DNA of 64,000 nucleotides. Source: an uncultured Acidobacteriota bacterium (lineage in GTDB: Bacteria; Acidobacteriota; Vicinamibacteria; Fen-336). The notes under the pieces are model-generated. The model saw nothing but the letters and a program-made list of their open reading frames with translations, was not told the DNA's origin and did no database searches. The first letter of the stretch is position 1; every line of letters starts with the position of its first letter. The stretch lies in contig OY970399.1 in the NCBI GenBank assembly GCA_963720545.1, positions 1,024,001 to 1,088,000 on the forward strand, read 5' to 3'. Position numbers and translations under genes: made by a program. Below, piece after piece: positions 44,553 to 64,000 of this stretch.

Positions 44553-44974
44553 AGTCCGACCTCCGTATCGACGCGGCGCACGAAGCGCGTGTGGATGCCC
44601 AGCTTGTGGGCGGCGAGCGTCAGCGCCTCGCGCGCCTCGGCCTCCGTCACGCCTTCCATCTCGTAAAGGATGCGCCCGGGCTTGACCACGGCCACCCAGC
44701 CTTCGGGCGCGCCCTTGCCCTTGCCCATGCGCGTTTCCTGCGGCTTCTTGGTGATCGGCTTGTCCGGGAAGATGCGGATCCAGATGCGGCCGCTGCGCTT
44801 GATGAAGCGGGTGATGGCGATGCGGCCGGCCTCGATCTGGCGGTTGGTGACCCAGCCGCACTCCATGGCCTTCAGGGCGTAATCGCCGAACGACACGGCG
44901 CCGCCGGTCCAGGCCTTGCCCTTCATGCGGCCGCGCTGCTGCTTGCGAAACTTGACCTTTTTAGGCATCAACAT
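44549..44974 (-). CDS. rplP: 50S ribosomal protein L16
   Basis: [18 protein letters not shown]. Confidence 0.97.
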   Translation of the reverse strand: MLMPKKVKFRKQQRGRMKGKAWTGGAVSFGDYALKAMECGWVTNRQIEAGRIAITRFIKRSGRIWIRIFPDKPITKKPQETRMGKGKGAPEGWVAVVKPGRILYEMEGVTEAEAREALTLAAHKLGIHTRFVRRVDTEVGL

Positions 44975-45086
44975 AGGCGTCCTCGCTGCGCGTCAGTCGT
45001 CGTCGAGCGTGTTGCCGCGGAGTGAATCCCCGGCAACACGGCAGAGGAAACGCTTCGCTGCGGAAAACGCGTCATGGCTGTCATGG

Positions 45087-45734
<648 letters not shown>

Positions 45735-46094
45735 CTACTTCTCCCTTTCGGCGACGGTGACTTCCAGGTGCGCCGTGCGCTTGATGATGCGGAAGGCGCG
45801 GCCCATCGGCGCGGGGCGCACGCGCTTCATCGACGGGCCCTGGTTGGCGGCGCAGGCGCTCACCACCAGGTCGTCCTCGTCGAGGCGGCGCTTCTGGTTG
45901 CGGTCGGCCACGGTCACGGCGTTGGCGATGGCGGCGCGCAGCGTCTTCTCGATGTCGCGCGCGATCGCCTTCTTGGTGAAGCGCAGGATCGAGAGCGCGT
46001 CGGACGCCTTCTTGCCGCGGATCAGGTCCATGACGAGCCCGGCCTTCTGCGCCGAGGTGCGCACGTACTTGGTCTTGGCTTTTGCCTCGAGCAT
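45735..46094 (-). CDS. rplV: 50S ribosomal protein L22
   Basis: SAQKA...IRGK, PAPMGRA. Confidence 0.96.
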   Translation of the reverse strand: MLEAKAKTKYVRTSAQKAGLVMDLIRGKKASDALSILRFTKKAIARDIEKTLRAAIANAVTVADRNQKRRLDEDDLVVSACAANQGPSMKRVRPAPMGRAFRIIKRTAHLEVTVAEREK

Positions 46095-46110
46095 TGCCCT
46101 ATAGCCTCCC

Positions 46111-46425
46111 TTAGGCCTTCGGCGGCGCGGCCGGCGCCGCGCCCTCGACCTTGGCGGCCTTCTCGACCTTGGTGGAGTGGGTCTTGAAGGTGCGGGTGGG
46201 CGAGAACTCGCCGAGCTTGTGGCCCACCATGTTCTCGGTGACGTAGACGGGGATGAACTTGCGGCCGTTGTAGACGGCGAGCGTGTGCCCGACCATGTCG
46301 GGGGTGATGGTGGAGCGCCGCGACCAGGTCTTGATGACCTTCTTGTCGTTGGCGTCGTTCATCGCGCCGATCTTCTTCGCCAGGTGGTCGTCCACCCAGG
46401 GGCCCTTCTTCAGTGACCGTGCCAT
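46111..46425 (-). CDS. rpsS: 30S ribosomal protein S19
   Basis: [16 protein letters not shown]. Confidence 0.97.
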   Translation of the reverse strand: MARSLKKGPWVDDHLAKKIGAMNDANDKKVIKTWSRRSTITPDMVGHTLAVYNGRKFIPVYVTENMVGHKLGEFSPTRTFKTHSTKVEKAAKVEGAAPAAPPKA

Positions 46426-46427
46426 TG

Positions 46428-47249
46428 TTACTTCCGCCTCTTGACGATGGATCCGTCGGTGCGCTTGTTGTTGCGCGTCTTGGCGCCCTTGGTGGGCTTG
46501 CCCCAGGGCGTCACCGGATGGCGGCCGCCCGAGGTCTTGCCTTCCCCGCCGCCGTGCGGATGGTCGACCGGGTTCATGACGACGCCGCGGTTGTGCGGCT
46601 TGCGGCCCAGCCAGCGGGTGCGGCCGGCCTTGCCGTAGGAGACGTTCTTGTGCTCGATGTTGCCCACCTGGCCGACGGTCGCGAAGCACTCGACGTGCAC
46701 CTTGCGGACCTCGCCCGACGGCAGCTTCACCTGCGCGTACTCCGTCTCTTTCGCCACCAGCTGCGCCGCGGTGCCGGCGCTGCGCACCAGCTGGCCGCCC
46801 TTGCCGCGCTTCAGCTCGATGTTGTGGATGACGGTGCCGGCCGGAATGGCCCGCAGCGGCAGGCAGTTCCCCGGCAGGATGTCGGCGCTCTCGCCGGCGA
46901 CGATGGTGGTGCCGACGTTCAGTCCGTCGGGACAGAGGATGTAGCGCTTGTCGCCGTCGGCGTAGTGCAGGAGGGCGATGCGCGCCGAGCGGTTCGGGTC
47001 GTACTCGACCGCCGCCACCTTTGCGGGCACGCCCGCCTTGTCGCGCTTGAAGTCGATGATGCGGTAGCGGCGCTTGTGGCCGCCGCCGCGCCACCACGAG
47101 GTGATGCGGCCCTTGTTGTTGCGGCCGCCCGACTTGCGCATCGGCGCGGTCAGCGACTTCTCCGGACGGTGTTTGGTGATCTCGTCGAAGGTGAGGGTCG
47201 TCGCGAACCGGCGGCCGGGCGACGTCGGGTTGTATTGCTTGATTGCCAT
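46428..47249 (-). CDS. rplB: 50S ribosomal protein L2
   Basis: [21 protein letters not shown]. Confidence 0.98.
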   Translation of the reverse strand: MAIKQYNPTSPGRRFATTLTFDEITKHRPEKSLTAPMRKSGGRNNKGRITSWWRGGGHKRRYRIIDFKRDKAGVPAKVAAVEYDPNRSARIALLHYADGDKRYILCPDGLNVGTTIVAGESADILPGNCLPLRAIPAGTVIHNIELKRGKGGQLVRSAGTAAQLVAKETEYAQVKLPSGEVRKVHVECFATVGQVGNIEHKNVSYGKAGRTRWLGRKPHNRGVVMNPVDHPHGGGEGKTSGGRHPVTPWGKPTKGAKTRNNKRTDGSIVKRRK

Positions 47250-47258
47250 TTCGTTCCC

Positions 47259-47552
47259 TTAGGCCTGCTCGAAGAACTCGACCATCTTTTCGCCTTCGCG
47301 GAGCACCACGTAGGCCTTCTTCCAGTCGGCGCGGCGGCCGACCCAGCGGCCCTGGCGCTTCATCTTGCCGTGCATGTTGGCGATGCGCACCGCCTCGACC
47401 TTGACGTTGAAGATGGTCTCGACCGCCTTGCGGATCTCGGGCTTGGTGGCGTCGCGGTGCACCTCGAAGCACAGCGAACGCTGCGTCTCCTTGAGGAGCG
47501 TCGACTTCTCGGTGAGCAGCGGCCGGCGAATCACTTCGAACAGGTTCTTCAT
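47259..47552 (-). CDS. rplW: 50S ribosomal protein L23
   Basis: PLLTEKS, WKKAYV. Confidence 0.96.
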   Translation of the reverse strand: MKNLFEVIRRPLLTEKSTLLKETQRSLCFEVHRDATKPEIRKAVETIFNVKVEAVRIANMHGKMKRQGRWVGRRADWKKAYVVLREGEKMVEFFEQA

Positions 47553-48391
47553 CCGAGCCTCGCTTCGAGCTTCGCCAGCGCGTCCTGCGAGACGACCAGG
47601 TGCCGGCAGTCCATGACGTCGTAAACCGTCAGGTGCGTCTGCGCGACGATGCGCACGTCGGGCAGGTTGCGCCCAGAGAGCACCAGCGCGTCGTCGGGCT
47701 CGTGCGCGACGATCACGGCCTTGCCGCGCACGCCGATGGTGTCGAGGATGGCGCGCAGCCGCGCGGTCTTCGGCGTGTCGATGCCGAAGCGGTCGATGAC
47801 GCGCACCGCGCCTTCCTTGAGCCGCAGCGACAACGCCGAGCGCAGGGCCGCCATGCGCGTCTTGCCGGGAATGCGATACGAGTAGTCGCGCGGCGTCGGG
47901 CCGAAGACGGTGCCGCCGTGGCGCCACAGCGGGTTGCGCGCCTCGCCGACGCGGGCGCGGCCGGTGCCCTTCTGCCGCCACGGCTTCTTGCCGGTGCCGG
48001 AGACGAGCGCGCGGTTCTTGGTCATGTGCGTGCCGGCGCGACCGCCGGCGCGGTATTCCTTGACCGCTTCGTAGATGAGGTGCTCGTTCGGCGTCACGCC
48101 GAACACGCCGGCCGCGAGGCTCAGCTCGCCGAGGTGGGCGTTGTCGGCCGAAACCACCGGGAACGCCGTGAAGTCGGTGGACGTGGGCGCAACTGCCTCG
48201 GTCTGGCGCGGCGCCTTTTTGGCCTTCGCCGTCTTGACAGCCACCTTCGCGGCCTGGTGCGGCGCCTTCGGCTTCGGCGCGGCTGCCGCCTTGGGAGCGG
48301 CCTTCGCCGCCGCCGTCTTTCTGGCTGCCGGCTTCGCCTTGCTCTTGGCGGCCTTTTGCGCCGGCTTCTTCGTCGTCTTGCTGGGAGCCAT
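47549..48391 (-). CDS. rplD: 50S ribosomal protein L4 with about 70-aa Lys/Ala-rich N-terminal extension
   Basis: [19 protein letters not shown]. Confidence 0.95.
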   Translation of the reverse strand: MAPSKTTKKPAQKAAKSKAKPAARKTAAAKAAPKAAAAPKPKAPHQAAKVAVKTAKAKKAPRQTEAVAPTSTDFTAFPVVSADNAHLGELSLAAGVFGVTPNEHLIYEAVKEYRAGGRAGTHMTKNRALVSGTGKKPWRQKGTGRARVGEARNPLWRHGGTVFGPTPRDYSYRIPGKTRMAALRSALSLRLKEGAVRVIDRFGIDTPKTARLRAILDTIGVRGKAVIVAHEPDDALVLSGRNLPDVRIVAQTHLTVYDVMDCRHLVVSQDALAKLEARLG

Positions 48392-48396
48392 GGCCT

Positions 48397-49023
48397 CTAC
48401 GCCTTTCGAACCACGAGGTAAGCGCCGCCGCCGCCGGGCAATGCCCCGCGCACGATCAGCAGGTTGTTCTCCGCGTCCACCTCGACGACGCGCAGGTTCT
48501 TCACGGTGACCTTGTCCTGGCCCATGTGGCCGGCCGCGCGCATGCCCTTGACGACGCGCGACGGGAACGCCGAGGCGCCGATCGAGCCGGGCGCGCGGTG
48601 GAACATCGAGCCGTGGGTCTTGTCGCCGCCGGCGAAGTGGTGGCGCTTGACCACGCCCTGGAAGCCCTTGCCCTTGCTGATGCCGGTGACGTTCACCTTG
48701 TCGCCGACCGCGAAGTCGGAAGCGAGCACCTTGTCGCCGACGTTGATCTCGGCCTTGTCGTCGACCTTGAACTCACGCGTGACCTTGGACGGCGGCAGCG
48801 AGGCCTTGGCGAAGTGGCCCTTGCGCGCCTTGCTCACCGCCTTCACCTTGCGGTTTTCGACCAGCGCGAGCTGCACCGCCGAGTAGCCGTCCTTGCCCTG
48901 CGACTTGCGCTGGACGACGACGCACGGGCCCGCCTGGATCACGGTGGCGGCGACGGCCGCGCCATTCTCGGCGTAGATCTGGGTCATCCCCAGCTTCCGG
49001 CCGATGATTCCATGGACTGACAT
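48397..49023 (-). CDS. rplC: 50S ribosomal protein L3
   Basis: [21 protein letters not shown]. Confidence 0.97.
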   Translation of the reverse strand: MSVHGIIGRKLGMTQIYAENGAAVAATVIQAGPCVVVQRKSQGKDGYSAVQLALVENRKVKAVSKARKGHFAKASLPPSKVTREFKVDDKAEINVGDKVLASDFAVGDKVNVTGISKGKGFQGVVKRHHFAGGDKTHGSMFHRAPGSIGASAFPSRVVKGMRAAGHMGQDKVTVKNLRVVEVDAENNLLIVRGALPGGGGAYLVVRKA

Positions 49024-49047
49024 GTGTCTCTCTTCCTTCCGCTCGCC

Positions 49048-49380
49048 TTACTTGGAGTGCTCTTTGCCGAACGCCTTGATCTCGACGTCGACGCCCGCCG
49101 GCAGGTCGAGCTTCATGAGCGCGTCCACCGTCTGGCTGGTCGGCTCGAAGATGTCGAGCAGGCGCTTGTGGCTGCGGATCTCGAACTGCTCGCGGCTCTT
49201 CTTGTCCACGTGCGGCGAGCGGTTCACGGTCCAGCGGTTCTTGATGGTCGGCAGCGGGATCGGGCCGGCGACCTGCGCGCCGGTGCGCTTGGCGGTCTCG
49301 ACGATCTCGGCCGTCGACTGGTCGAGGACGCGGTAGTCGTACGCCTTCAGCCGGATGCGAATCTTCTCGTTGAGCATCAT
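49048..49380 (-). CDS. rpsJ: 30S ribosomal protein S10
   Basis: [16 protein letters not shown]. Confidence 0.97.
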   Translation of the reverse strand: MMLNEKIRIRLKAYDYRVLDQSTAEIVETAKRTGAQVAGPIPLPTIKNRWTVNRSPHVDKKSREQFEIRSHKRLLDIFEPTSQTVDALMKLDLPAGVDVEIKAFGKEHSK

Positions 49381-49384
49381 CTGA

Positions 49385-50584
<1,200 letters not shown>

Positions 50585-50624
50585 TGCCTTGGTGCCTCCG
50601 GTACCTAGAATTCCTTCGCCTGGG

Positions 50625-52727
<2,103 letters not shown>

Positions 52728-52733
52728 GGCCTG

Positions 52734-53204
52734 TTACCAGCGGTAGTGGGCGAAGGCCTTGTTGGCTTCGGCCATCTTGTGGACGTCTTCCTTCTTCTTG
52801 ACCGCCCCGCCGCGCAGGTTGGAGGCGTCGAGCAGTTCCGCGGCCAGCTTCTGCACCATGGTGCGCTCCGGGCGCTTGCGCGCGAACGAGATGATCCAGC
52901 GCAGCGCCAGCGAAGTGCGGCGGTTGGGGTTCACCTCGACCGGCACCTGGTAGTTCGAGCCGCCGACGCGGCGGCTCTTCACCTCGAGCGCCGGCTTGAC
53001 GTTGTCGATCGCCTTCTTGAAGACCTTGATCGGGTCTTCCTGGGTCTTCGTCTGGATCACGGTGAGGGCGTCGTACGTGATCTGCTGGGAAACGGACCGC
53101 TTGCCCTCGAACATCATGCAGTTGATGAACTTGGTGAGCAGGGGGCTCCCGTAGATCGGGTCCGCTGCGACTTCCCTGCGACTGACCAACCCTCGACGTG
53201 GCAT
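52734..53204 (-). CDS. rpsG: 30S ribosomal protein S7
   Basis: [23 protein letters not shown]. Confidence 0.98.
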   Translation of the reverse strand: MPRRGLVSRREVAADPIYGSPLLTKFINCMMFEGKRSVSQQITYDALTVIQTKTQEDPIKVFKKAIDNVKPALEVKSRRVGGSNYQVPVEVNPNRRTSLALRWIISFARKRPERTMVQKLAAELLDASNLRGGAVKKKEDVHKMAEANKAFAHYRW

Positions 53205-53412
53205 CTTCGCTCCGTTTGAACCATCACGACAAAAAACAAATCAGACGGCGCGTGCGGCCGCACGGGCCGCCTGCGACGTCTGAGGCACTGTCAGCAGCCT
53301 CTCTCTTCCCGGGATCCGTACCTGCGGGAGTTGCCTCGCGCGCAGCGTCTGATTTCCCGGAACGTTGTCTTCCCGGTCGCCCGACCAGGACGATTGGCTC
53401 TCGTGGCCTCCC

Positions 53413-53787
53413 TTAAGCCTTGGGGCGCTTCGCGCCGTACTTGCTGCGTCCGCGCTTGCGGCCCTGCACGCCCACGGCATCGAGGGTGCCACGCACGATG
53501 TGGTACCGGACGCCGGGCAGGTCCTTGACGCGGCCGCCGCGGATGAGAACGATCGAGTGTTCCTGCAGGTTGTGGCCGACACCGGGGATGTACGCCGTCA
53601 CCTCGATGGAGTTGGTCAGGCGGACGCGCGCCACCTTGCGCAGCGCCGAGTTCGGCTTCTTGGGGGTCGAGGTGAAGACCCGCACGCAGACGCCGCGGCG
53701 CTGGGGCGAACCCTGCAGCGCAGGACTGTCGGTCTTCGACCGCAGCTTCTTGCGACCGACCCTGACGAGCTGACTGACCGTAGGCAA
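53413..53787 (-). CDS. rpsL: 30S ribosomal protein S12 (TTG start)
   Basis: [20 protein letters not shown]. Confidence 0.98.
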   Translation of the reverse strand: MPTVSQLVRVGRKKLRSKTDSPALQGSPQRRGVCVRVFTSTPKKPNSALRKVARVRLTNSIEVTAYIPGVGHNLQEHSIVLIRGGRVKDLPGVRYHIVRGTLDAVGVQGRKRGRSKYGAKRPKA

Positions 53788-53856
53788 CGAAACGCCTCCA
53801 AAACCCTGTCGTTGAGTGAGCGTCGGCCTGACGGCCGAGCAGAGAACAACCTGCCA

Positions 53857-53885
53857 ATGCTACGCGTGCGTGTGATCTGTGTCAA
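53857..53885 (-). promoter_or_regulatory. Sigma70-type promoter of the str operon
   Basis: TTGACA-N17-TAGCAT on the minus strand, about 70 nt upstream of rpsL. Confidence 0.75.
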
Positions 53886-53906
53886 CGCCGGGCGCCGTGT
53901 TTCCAT

Positions 53907-55259
53907 TCAGTTGCGGGCGTCCGGATCGAACCGGGAGGCCACGATCTCACTCGGTCCAGGCCCGCAATCGGTGCAGGTCCTGGCTCGCGCCCATGCCGCA
54001 ACCGCGGCGCCGGCGGCATTTCCGGCAAGGCGAAACGTGCCAGCGAGCCCCGAGCTTCCCGGGAGCGGCGCAGCCGCCAGCCAACGACCCGCAGGCCCTG
54101 CTCGCGTAAACAGGATCTGGCCATTCGCAGCCCACGCGAGGAGGCTCACGCCCTGCGCATCGACTGCCGCCTCGGTCGCCACCCCGTGGCGCGGATCGCT
54201 CGGCAGCGGCACTGACTGGACCAGCACGCCGCCGTCCTTTGCCCACCCCGCCGCTGTCAGTCGAGTCGCGTGCAGCTTTCCGTCCGCCGTGACCCAATGG
54301 GCAAGGGCGTTCCCTCCGCCGCAGGCGATGCCGGGGCCTCCGGCGAGCTGGACGTGTGCGGTCAGGACGGTCGCCGGTTGCCAGCCGCTTCCGGAAACGA
54401 ACCGGGCGGTGACTATGTCGGCTTGCGTCTCGGCCTGGTCGTACACCGTCCAGATGACCTGAAACCCGCCGCCGTCCGCGCAGGCGTCGCCCACGCCAAA
54501 GACCGCGCCGGTCGCGGCAGGCACTTGCTCGAGCGCCGAGAGCGCGCCGCCGTTGACCGTGGCCGCGGTGATCGCCTGTTGCCGAACCGAAAGGACGAGG
54601 GCGCGCGCCGGTGTGCCAGCCACGACAACTTGCGCGCGGTCGCCGAGCGCAACTCGCGGCAACCAGGCTCCACCGGCCGCTCGCTGGGCGGCCCAGACGC
54701 GCTCCTCGACCCACACCGCGAGTCCCGCGCCGCGATCGTCGCTCAAAAGATGGGCGTCCACCACGAAATCGTCGCGGACCATCGCGATGTCGTCGCCGGC
54801 TTGCCAACTCCCCTGGGCGAAGCGCGCCTCGTAGAGATGGACTCCGGCATCGCCCACGACCGCGGCACCGCCGTTGCCGTCGCTTGCCAGGTCGCGCGGC
54901 CAGGAACGGAACTCACCGGTGGGTCCGAGCGAAACCGGAGGCGTCCAGGAAGCGGCCGCCGCCGAGGTGCTGGCGGCGGCTTGCCAGGTCGCGGCAAGCG
55001 GGTCGCCAGGGGTGCCCGCGACCGCAAAGGAAACGGCTGCCCGTCCGTCCGCGTCGAGAACGAGGCCAGTCACCGTGCCGCCGCCGCTGGTGAACCGCGA
55101 TCCGATCCAGCCGGGGCCGCCGTCGCCGATCACGACTGGCGCGCTCCACCGGCCGAGGTCGGCGGCCGGAGGCGCGGAGGGGCCGTCCGAATCACTGCCG
55201 CAGGCCGTTGCCATTGCGGTCGAGAGCACCAACGTAAAGAGTCGGCAAGGATTCGTCAT
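53907..55259 (-). CDS. Hypothetical lipoprotein, probable beta-propeller
   Basis: Hydrophobic signal ending ATA-C; repeated Trp-containing beta-strand units. Confidence 0.6.
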   Translation of the reverse strand: MTNPCRLFTLVLSTAMATACGSDSDGPSAPPAADLGRWSAPVVIGDGGPGWIGSRFTSGGGTVTGLVLDADGRAAVSFAVAGTPGDPLAATWQAAASTSAAAASWTPPVSLGPTGEFRSWPRDLASDGNGGAAVVGDAGVHLYEARFAQGSWQAGDDIAMVRDDFVVDAHLLSDDRGAGLAVWVEERVWAAQRAAGGAWLPRVALGDRAQVVVAGTPARALVLSVRQQAITAATVNGGALSALEQVPAATGAVFGVGDACADGGGFQVIWTVYDQAETQADIVTARFVSGSGWQPATVLTAHVQLAGGPGIACGGGNALAHWVTADGKLHATRLTAAGWAKDGGVLVQSVPLPSDPRHGVATEAAVDAQGVSLLAWAANGQILFTRAGPAGRWLAAAPLPGSSGLAGTFRLAGNAAGAAVAAWARARTCTDCGPGPSEIVASRFDPDARN

Positions 55260-55354
55260 GGCCACCACCCTGAGACTCGAGCATATCCGCGGGCGCACGT
55301 TGCTCGTAAGCGACCCCGCCGTCACACCGCGCTTGCGCCGGCATCAGAAGGAGC

Positions 55355-56275
55355 GTGAACCAGCCTTTTCATTCCGGAGAACTGGAGCTGCAGCGGCGCG
55401 CCGGGGCGCTCGACCAGGGCGCGGCCGTCGGCGGCATCATCCGCAACAGGATGACGCAGGGGGTGGCCAATTTCCTCCTGCAGCAACGGCTTGCGGTCGC
55501 TGCGACGCTCGAAGCGGACGGGCGGGTCTGGGCCTCGCTGCTCAGCGGGGAGCCCGGATTCCTGCGCGCGGCCGACGAGGAACGAGTGCTGATCGACGTC
55601 CACCCGCTCTCCGGCGAACCGCTCCACGACACGCTCTCCGCCCGCTCCGACCTTGGCCTCCTGGTCATCGACCCCACGACCCGCCAGCGGTTTCGCATCA
55701 ACGGGCGCGGGCGCCTGGCCCCGCGAGGCATCGTCCTGGAGGTGGAGCAGGCCTACGGCAACTGCCCAAAGTACATCCAGCGGCGCGCGCTCGCGGCTGG
55801 CGGCGACGGTGACGCCGAACCTCGGCCCGCGCGGCTCACGCGCGCGCTTTCGCCGCGGCAACAGGATTGGGTTCGACCGGCGGACACGCTGTTCGTCGCG
55901 ACCTTTCATCAAGACGGCGGCGCCGACGCCTCGCACCGCGGCGGGCAACCCGGCTTCATTCGTGTCCACGGCACGAATCGGTTGAGCTTCGCCGACTACC
56001 CCGGCAACAGCATGTACAGCACGCTCGGCAACCTGCTCCACCATCCGCAGGCCGGGTTGTTGTTCGTGGACTTCACGAGCGGCGACGTCCTGCAGCTCGC
56101 CGGCCGGGCTTCGGTGGGACCGGACTTCTCGGTTACGTTCGAGGTGGAGGCGGTGCGCGAAACGCGGCGCGCGACCTCCCTGCGCTACACGCTCGTCGAG
56201 TATTCGCCCGCGAACCCGCCGCTGTCACAGTCGACTGACGCTCGGCATCTCACGGTCACGAGGAGAACATCATGA
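55355..56275 (+). CDS. Pyridoxamine 5'-phosphate oxidase-like FMN-binding protein (two domains)
   Basis: FHSGE, YGNCPKYIQ, DASHRGG.PGF, DYPGN. Confidence 0.88.
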   Translation: MNQPFHSGELELQRRAGALDQGAAVGGIIRNRMTQGVANFLLQQRLAVAATLEADGRVWASLLSGEPGFLRAADEERVLIDVHPLSGEPLHDTLSARSDLGLLVIDPTTRQRFRINGRGRLAPRGIVLEVEQAYGNCPKYIQRRALAAGGDGDAEPRPARLTRALSPRQQDWVRPADTLFVATFHQDGGADASHRGGQPGFIRVHGTNRLSFADYPGNSMYSTLGNLLHHPQAGLLFVDFTSGDVLQLAGRASVGPDFSVTFEVEAVRETRRATSLRYTLVEYSPANPPLSQSTDARHLTVTRRTS

Positions 56276-56448
56276 CCAAGGCAATCGCATGCAATAGCGT
56301 CGTCCCCGGCTGCTCATGGCAAGCCAGCGCCGCGACCGAAGCCGAGCTGCTCGAGAAGGTCACGGCGCACGCGGCAGAACAGCACGGTGTGGCAGAGGTG
56401 ACCCCGGAGCTCGCCGCACGGGTGAAGGCGGCGGTCGAGACCCGCTAA
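56272..56448 (+). CDS. DUF1059-like small metal-binding protein (58 aa; absent from the ORF track)
   Basis: MTKAIACNSVVPGCSWQASAATEAELLEKVTAHAAEQHG...; AGGAG RBS. Confidence 0.85.
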   Translation: MTKAIACNSVVPGCSWQASAATEAELLEKVTAHAAEQHGVAEVTPELAARVKAAVETR

Positions 56449-56460
56449 CCTGCAGGGTCC

Positions 56461-57069
56461 ATGGCGCGCGCCGATACCGGGCGAACCGACGAGGAGCTTG
56501 CGGCCCGCGCCGCAGGCGGCGACGAGCGCGCGTTCGAGGCTTTGGTGAAGCGCTACCAGGCGCGCGCGTGGCGGCTGGCCGCCCGCCTCGTCGGCGCCGC
56601 CGGCGACCCGCAGGACGCCGTCCAGGAAGCGTTCCTGAACGCCTATCGGGGCCTGCCGCGTTTCCGCCGGCAGGCCCGTTTCTCGACCTGGCTGTACCGC
56701 ATCGTCACCAACGCGGCACTGATGCAGCGACGCTCACGCCGCCGCCGGCCAGCGCAATCGCTCGAACAGTACCTGCCGCGCTTCGACGCCGAAGGCCGCC
56801 ATGCACAGACGCCGGCCCAGTTGGTGAGCGCAGCGCGGCTCGAGGAGCTGCTCGACCGTCGGGCCCTGGCACTCAAGGTGCGGGCCGGCCTCGAGCGGCT
56901 GCCCGCCGCCTACCGAACGCCTTTCGTGCTGCGCGACCTCGAGTCGCTGCCGACCGCGGAAGTGGCGGCGGTGCTGCGCCTCGAGCCGGCAACCGTGAGG
57001 CAGCGCGTGCATCGTGCCCGCCTCATGCTGCGCGGCTACCTCGGTGACCTGCGAGGAGTGAAAGCATGA
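56461..57069 (+). CDS. ECF RNA polymerase sigma factor
   Basis: DAVQEAF, FSTWLYRIVTN, VRQRVHRAR. Confidence 0.92.
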   Translation: MARADTGRTDEELAARAAGGDERAFEALVKRYQARAWRLAARLVGAAGDPQDAVQEAFLNAYRGLPRFRRQARFSTWLYRIVTNAALMQRRSRRRRPAQSLEQYLPRFDAEGRHAQTPAQLVSAARLEELLDRRALALKVRAGLERLPAAYRTPFVLRDLESLPTAEVAAVLRLEPATVRQRVHRARLMLRGYLGDLRGVKA

Positions 57070-57311
57070 CGACTCGAGAACTGGTGTGCGCTACGGGCGC
57101 ATCGATGGTGATGGACTACTGCGAGGGCATCCTGCGCGCCGGGAGGCGTTCGCGCCTGGAGTCGCACGTCGCGGGTTGTCCCCGCTGCCGCGCGTTCCTT
57201 CGCTCATACCGCAAGACGCCGGCGATCGTGTCACGGGCCACGCGAACCAGGGCGCCGCGCACTCTTGCGCGGACGGTGCTTCGGTTCGTCCGTCGCCGAA
57301 CGGCCGGATAA
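57066..57311 (+). CDS. Soluble zf-HC2 anti-sigma factor
   Basis: C...HVAGCPRC; ATGA overlap with the sigma gene. Confidence 0.82.
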   Translation: MTTRELVCATGASMVMDYCEGILRAGRRSRLESHVAGCPRCRAFLRSYRKTPAIVSRATRTRAPRTLARTVLRFVRRRTAG

Positions 57312-57312
57312 C

Positions 57313-57351
57313 GCAAGAGGCGGCCGCGGCACTGCCGCAACCGCCTCTCGC
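57313..57351. terminator. Hairpin between the convergent anti-sigma and rpoC genes
   Basis: AGAGGCGG..GCGGC...GCCGC..CCGCCTCT imperfect stem; no strong U tract. Confidence 0.45.
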
Positions 57352-57382
57352 AAACGGAAGCGCGTGTTGGCGCGCGCCGTTG

Positions 57383-61576
<4,194 letters not shown>

Positions 61577-61592
61577 TTGGCTTCCTGTCTCC

Positions 61593-64000
<2,408 letters not shown>

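Noticed and set aside
53890..57380. Mobile element call for the rpoC-rpsL insert
   Set aside because: No transposase, integrase, terminal inverted repeats or target duplication seen

Overview
A 64-kb, very GC-rich bacterial chromosome segment. Gene content suggests Acidobacteriota, possibly Vicinamibacteria-like; this is inference only. The right half (34.3-64 kb, minus strand) is the core rpoB-rpoC / str / S10 / spc / alpha cluster. It is interrupted between rpoC and rpsL by a 3.5-kb, five-gene block (lipoprotein, PNPOx-like protein, DUF1059-like protein, ECF sigma, anti-sigma), lacks map, and carries an unusually divergent IF-1. The left half holds ybaN-rlmN-msrB, a Tat aminotransferase / Ser-Thr kinase-propeller / GT-C operon, NFACT and RDD genes, ftcD, flippase-nrdR-ntrY-ntrX, an ECF envelope-stress operon, purC-fis-like, CIRCE-groES-groEL, a multiply frameshifted S9 peptidase, a PilMNO-like plus pseudokinase-TonB_C operon, and EF-G2 with a triple TonB_C protein. 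Notable non-coding signals are a nested 35/110-bp intergenic repeat whose core recurs 16 kb away, two pairs of duplicated ECF-type promoter motifs, a possible switchable RNA structure between rpsL and rpsG, and ntrY apparently starting at a non-canonical codon in frame behind the nrdR amber stop. I found no rRNA, tRNA, CRISPR array or transposase. All family calls come from motif recognition by eye, not database searches.
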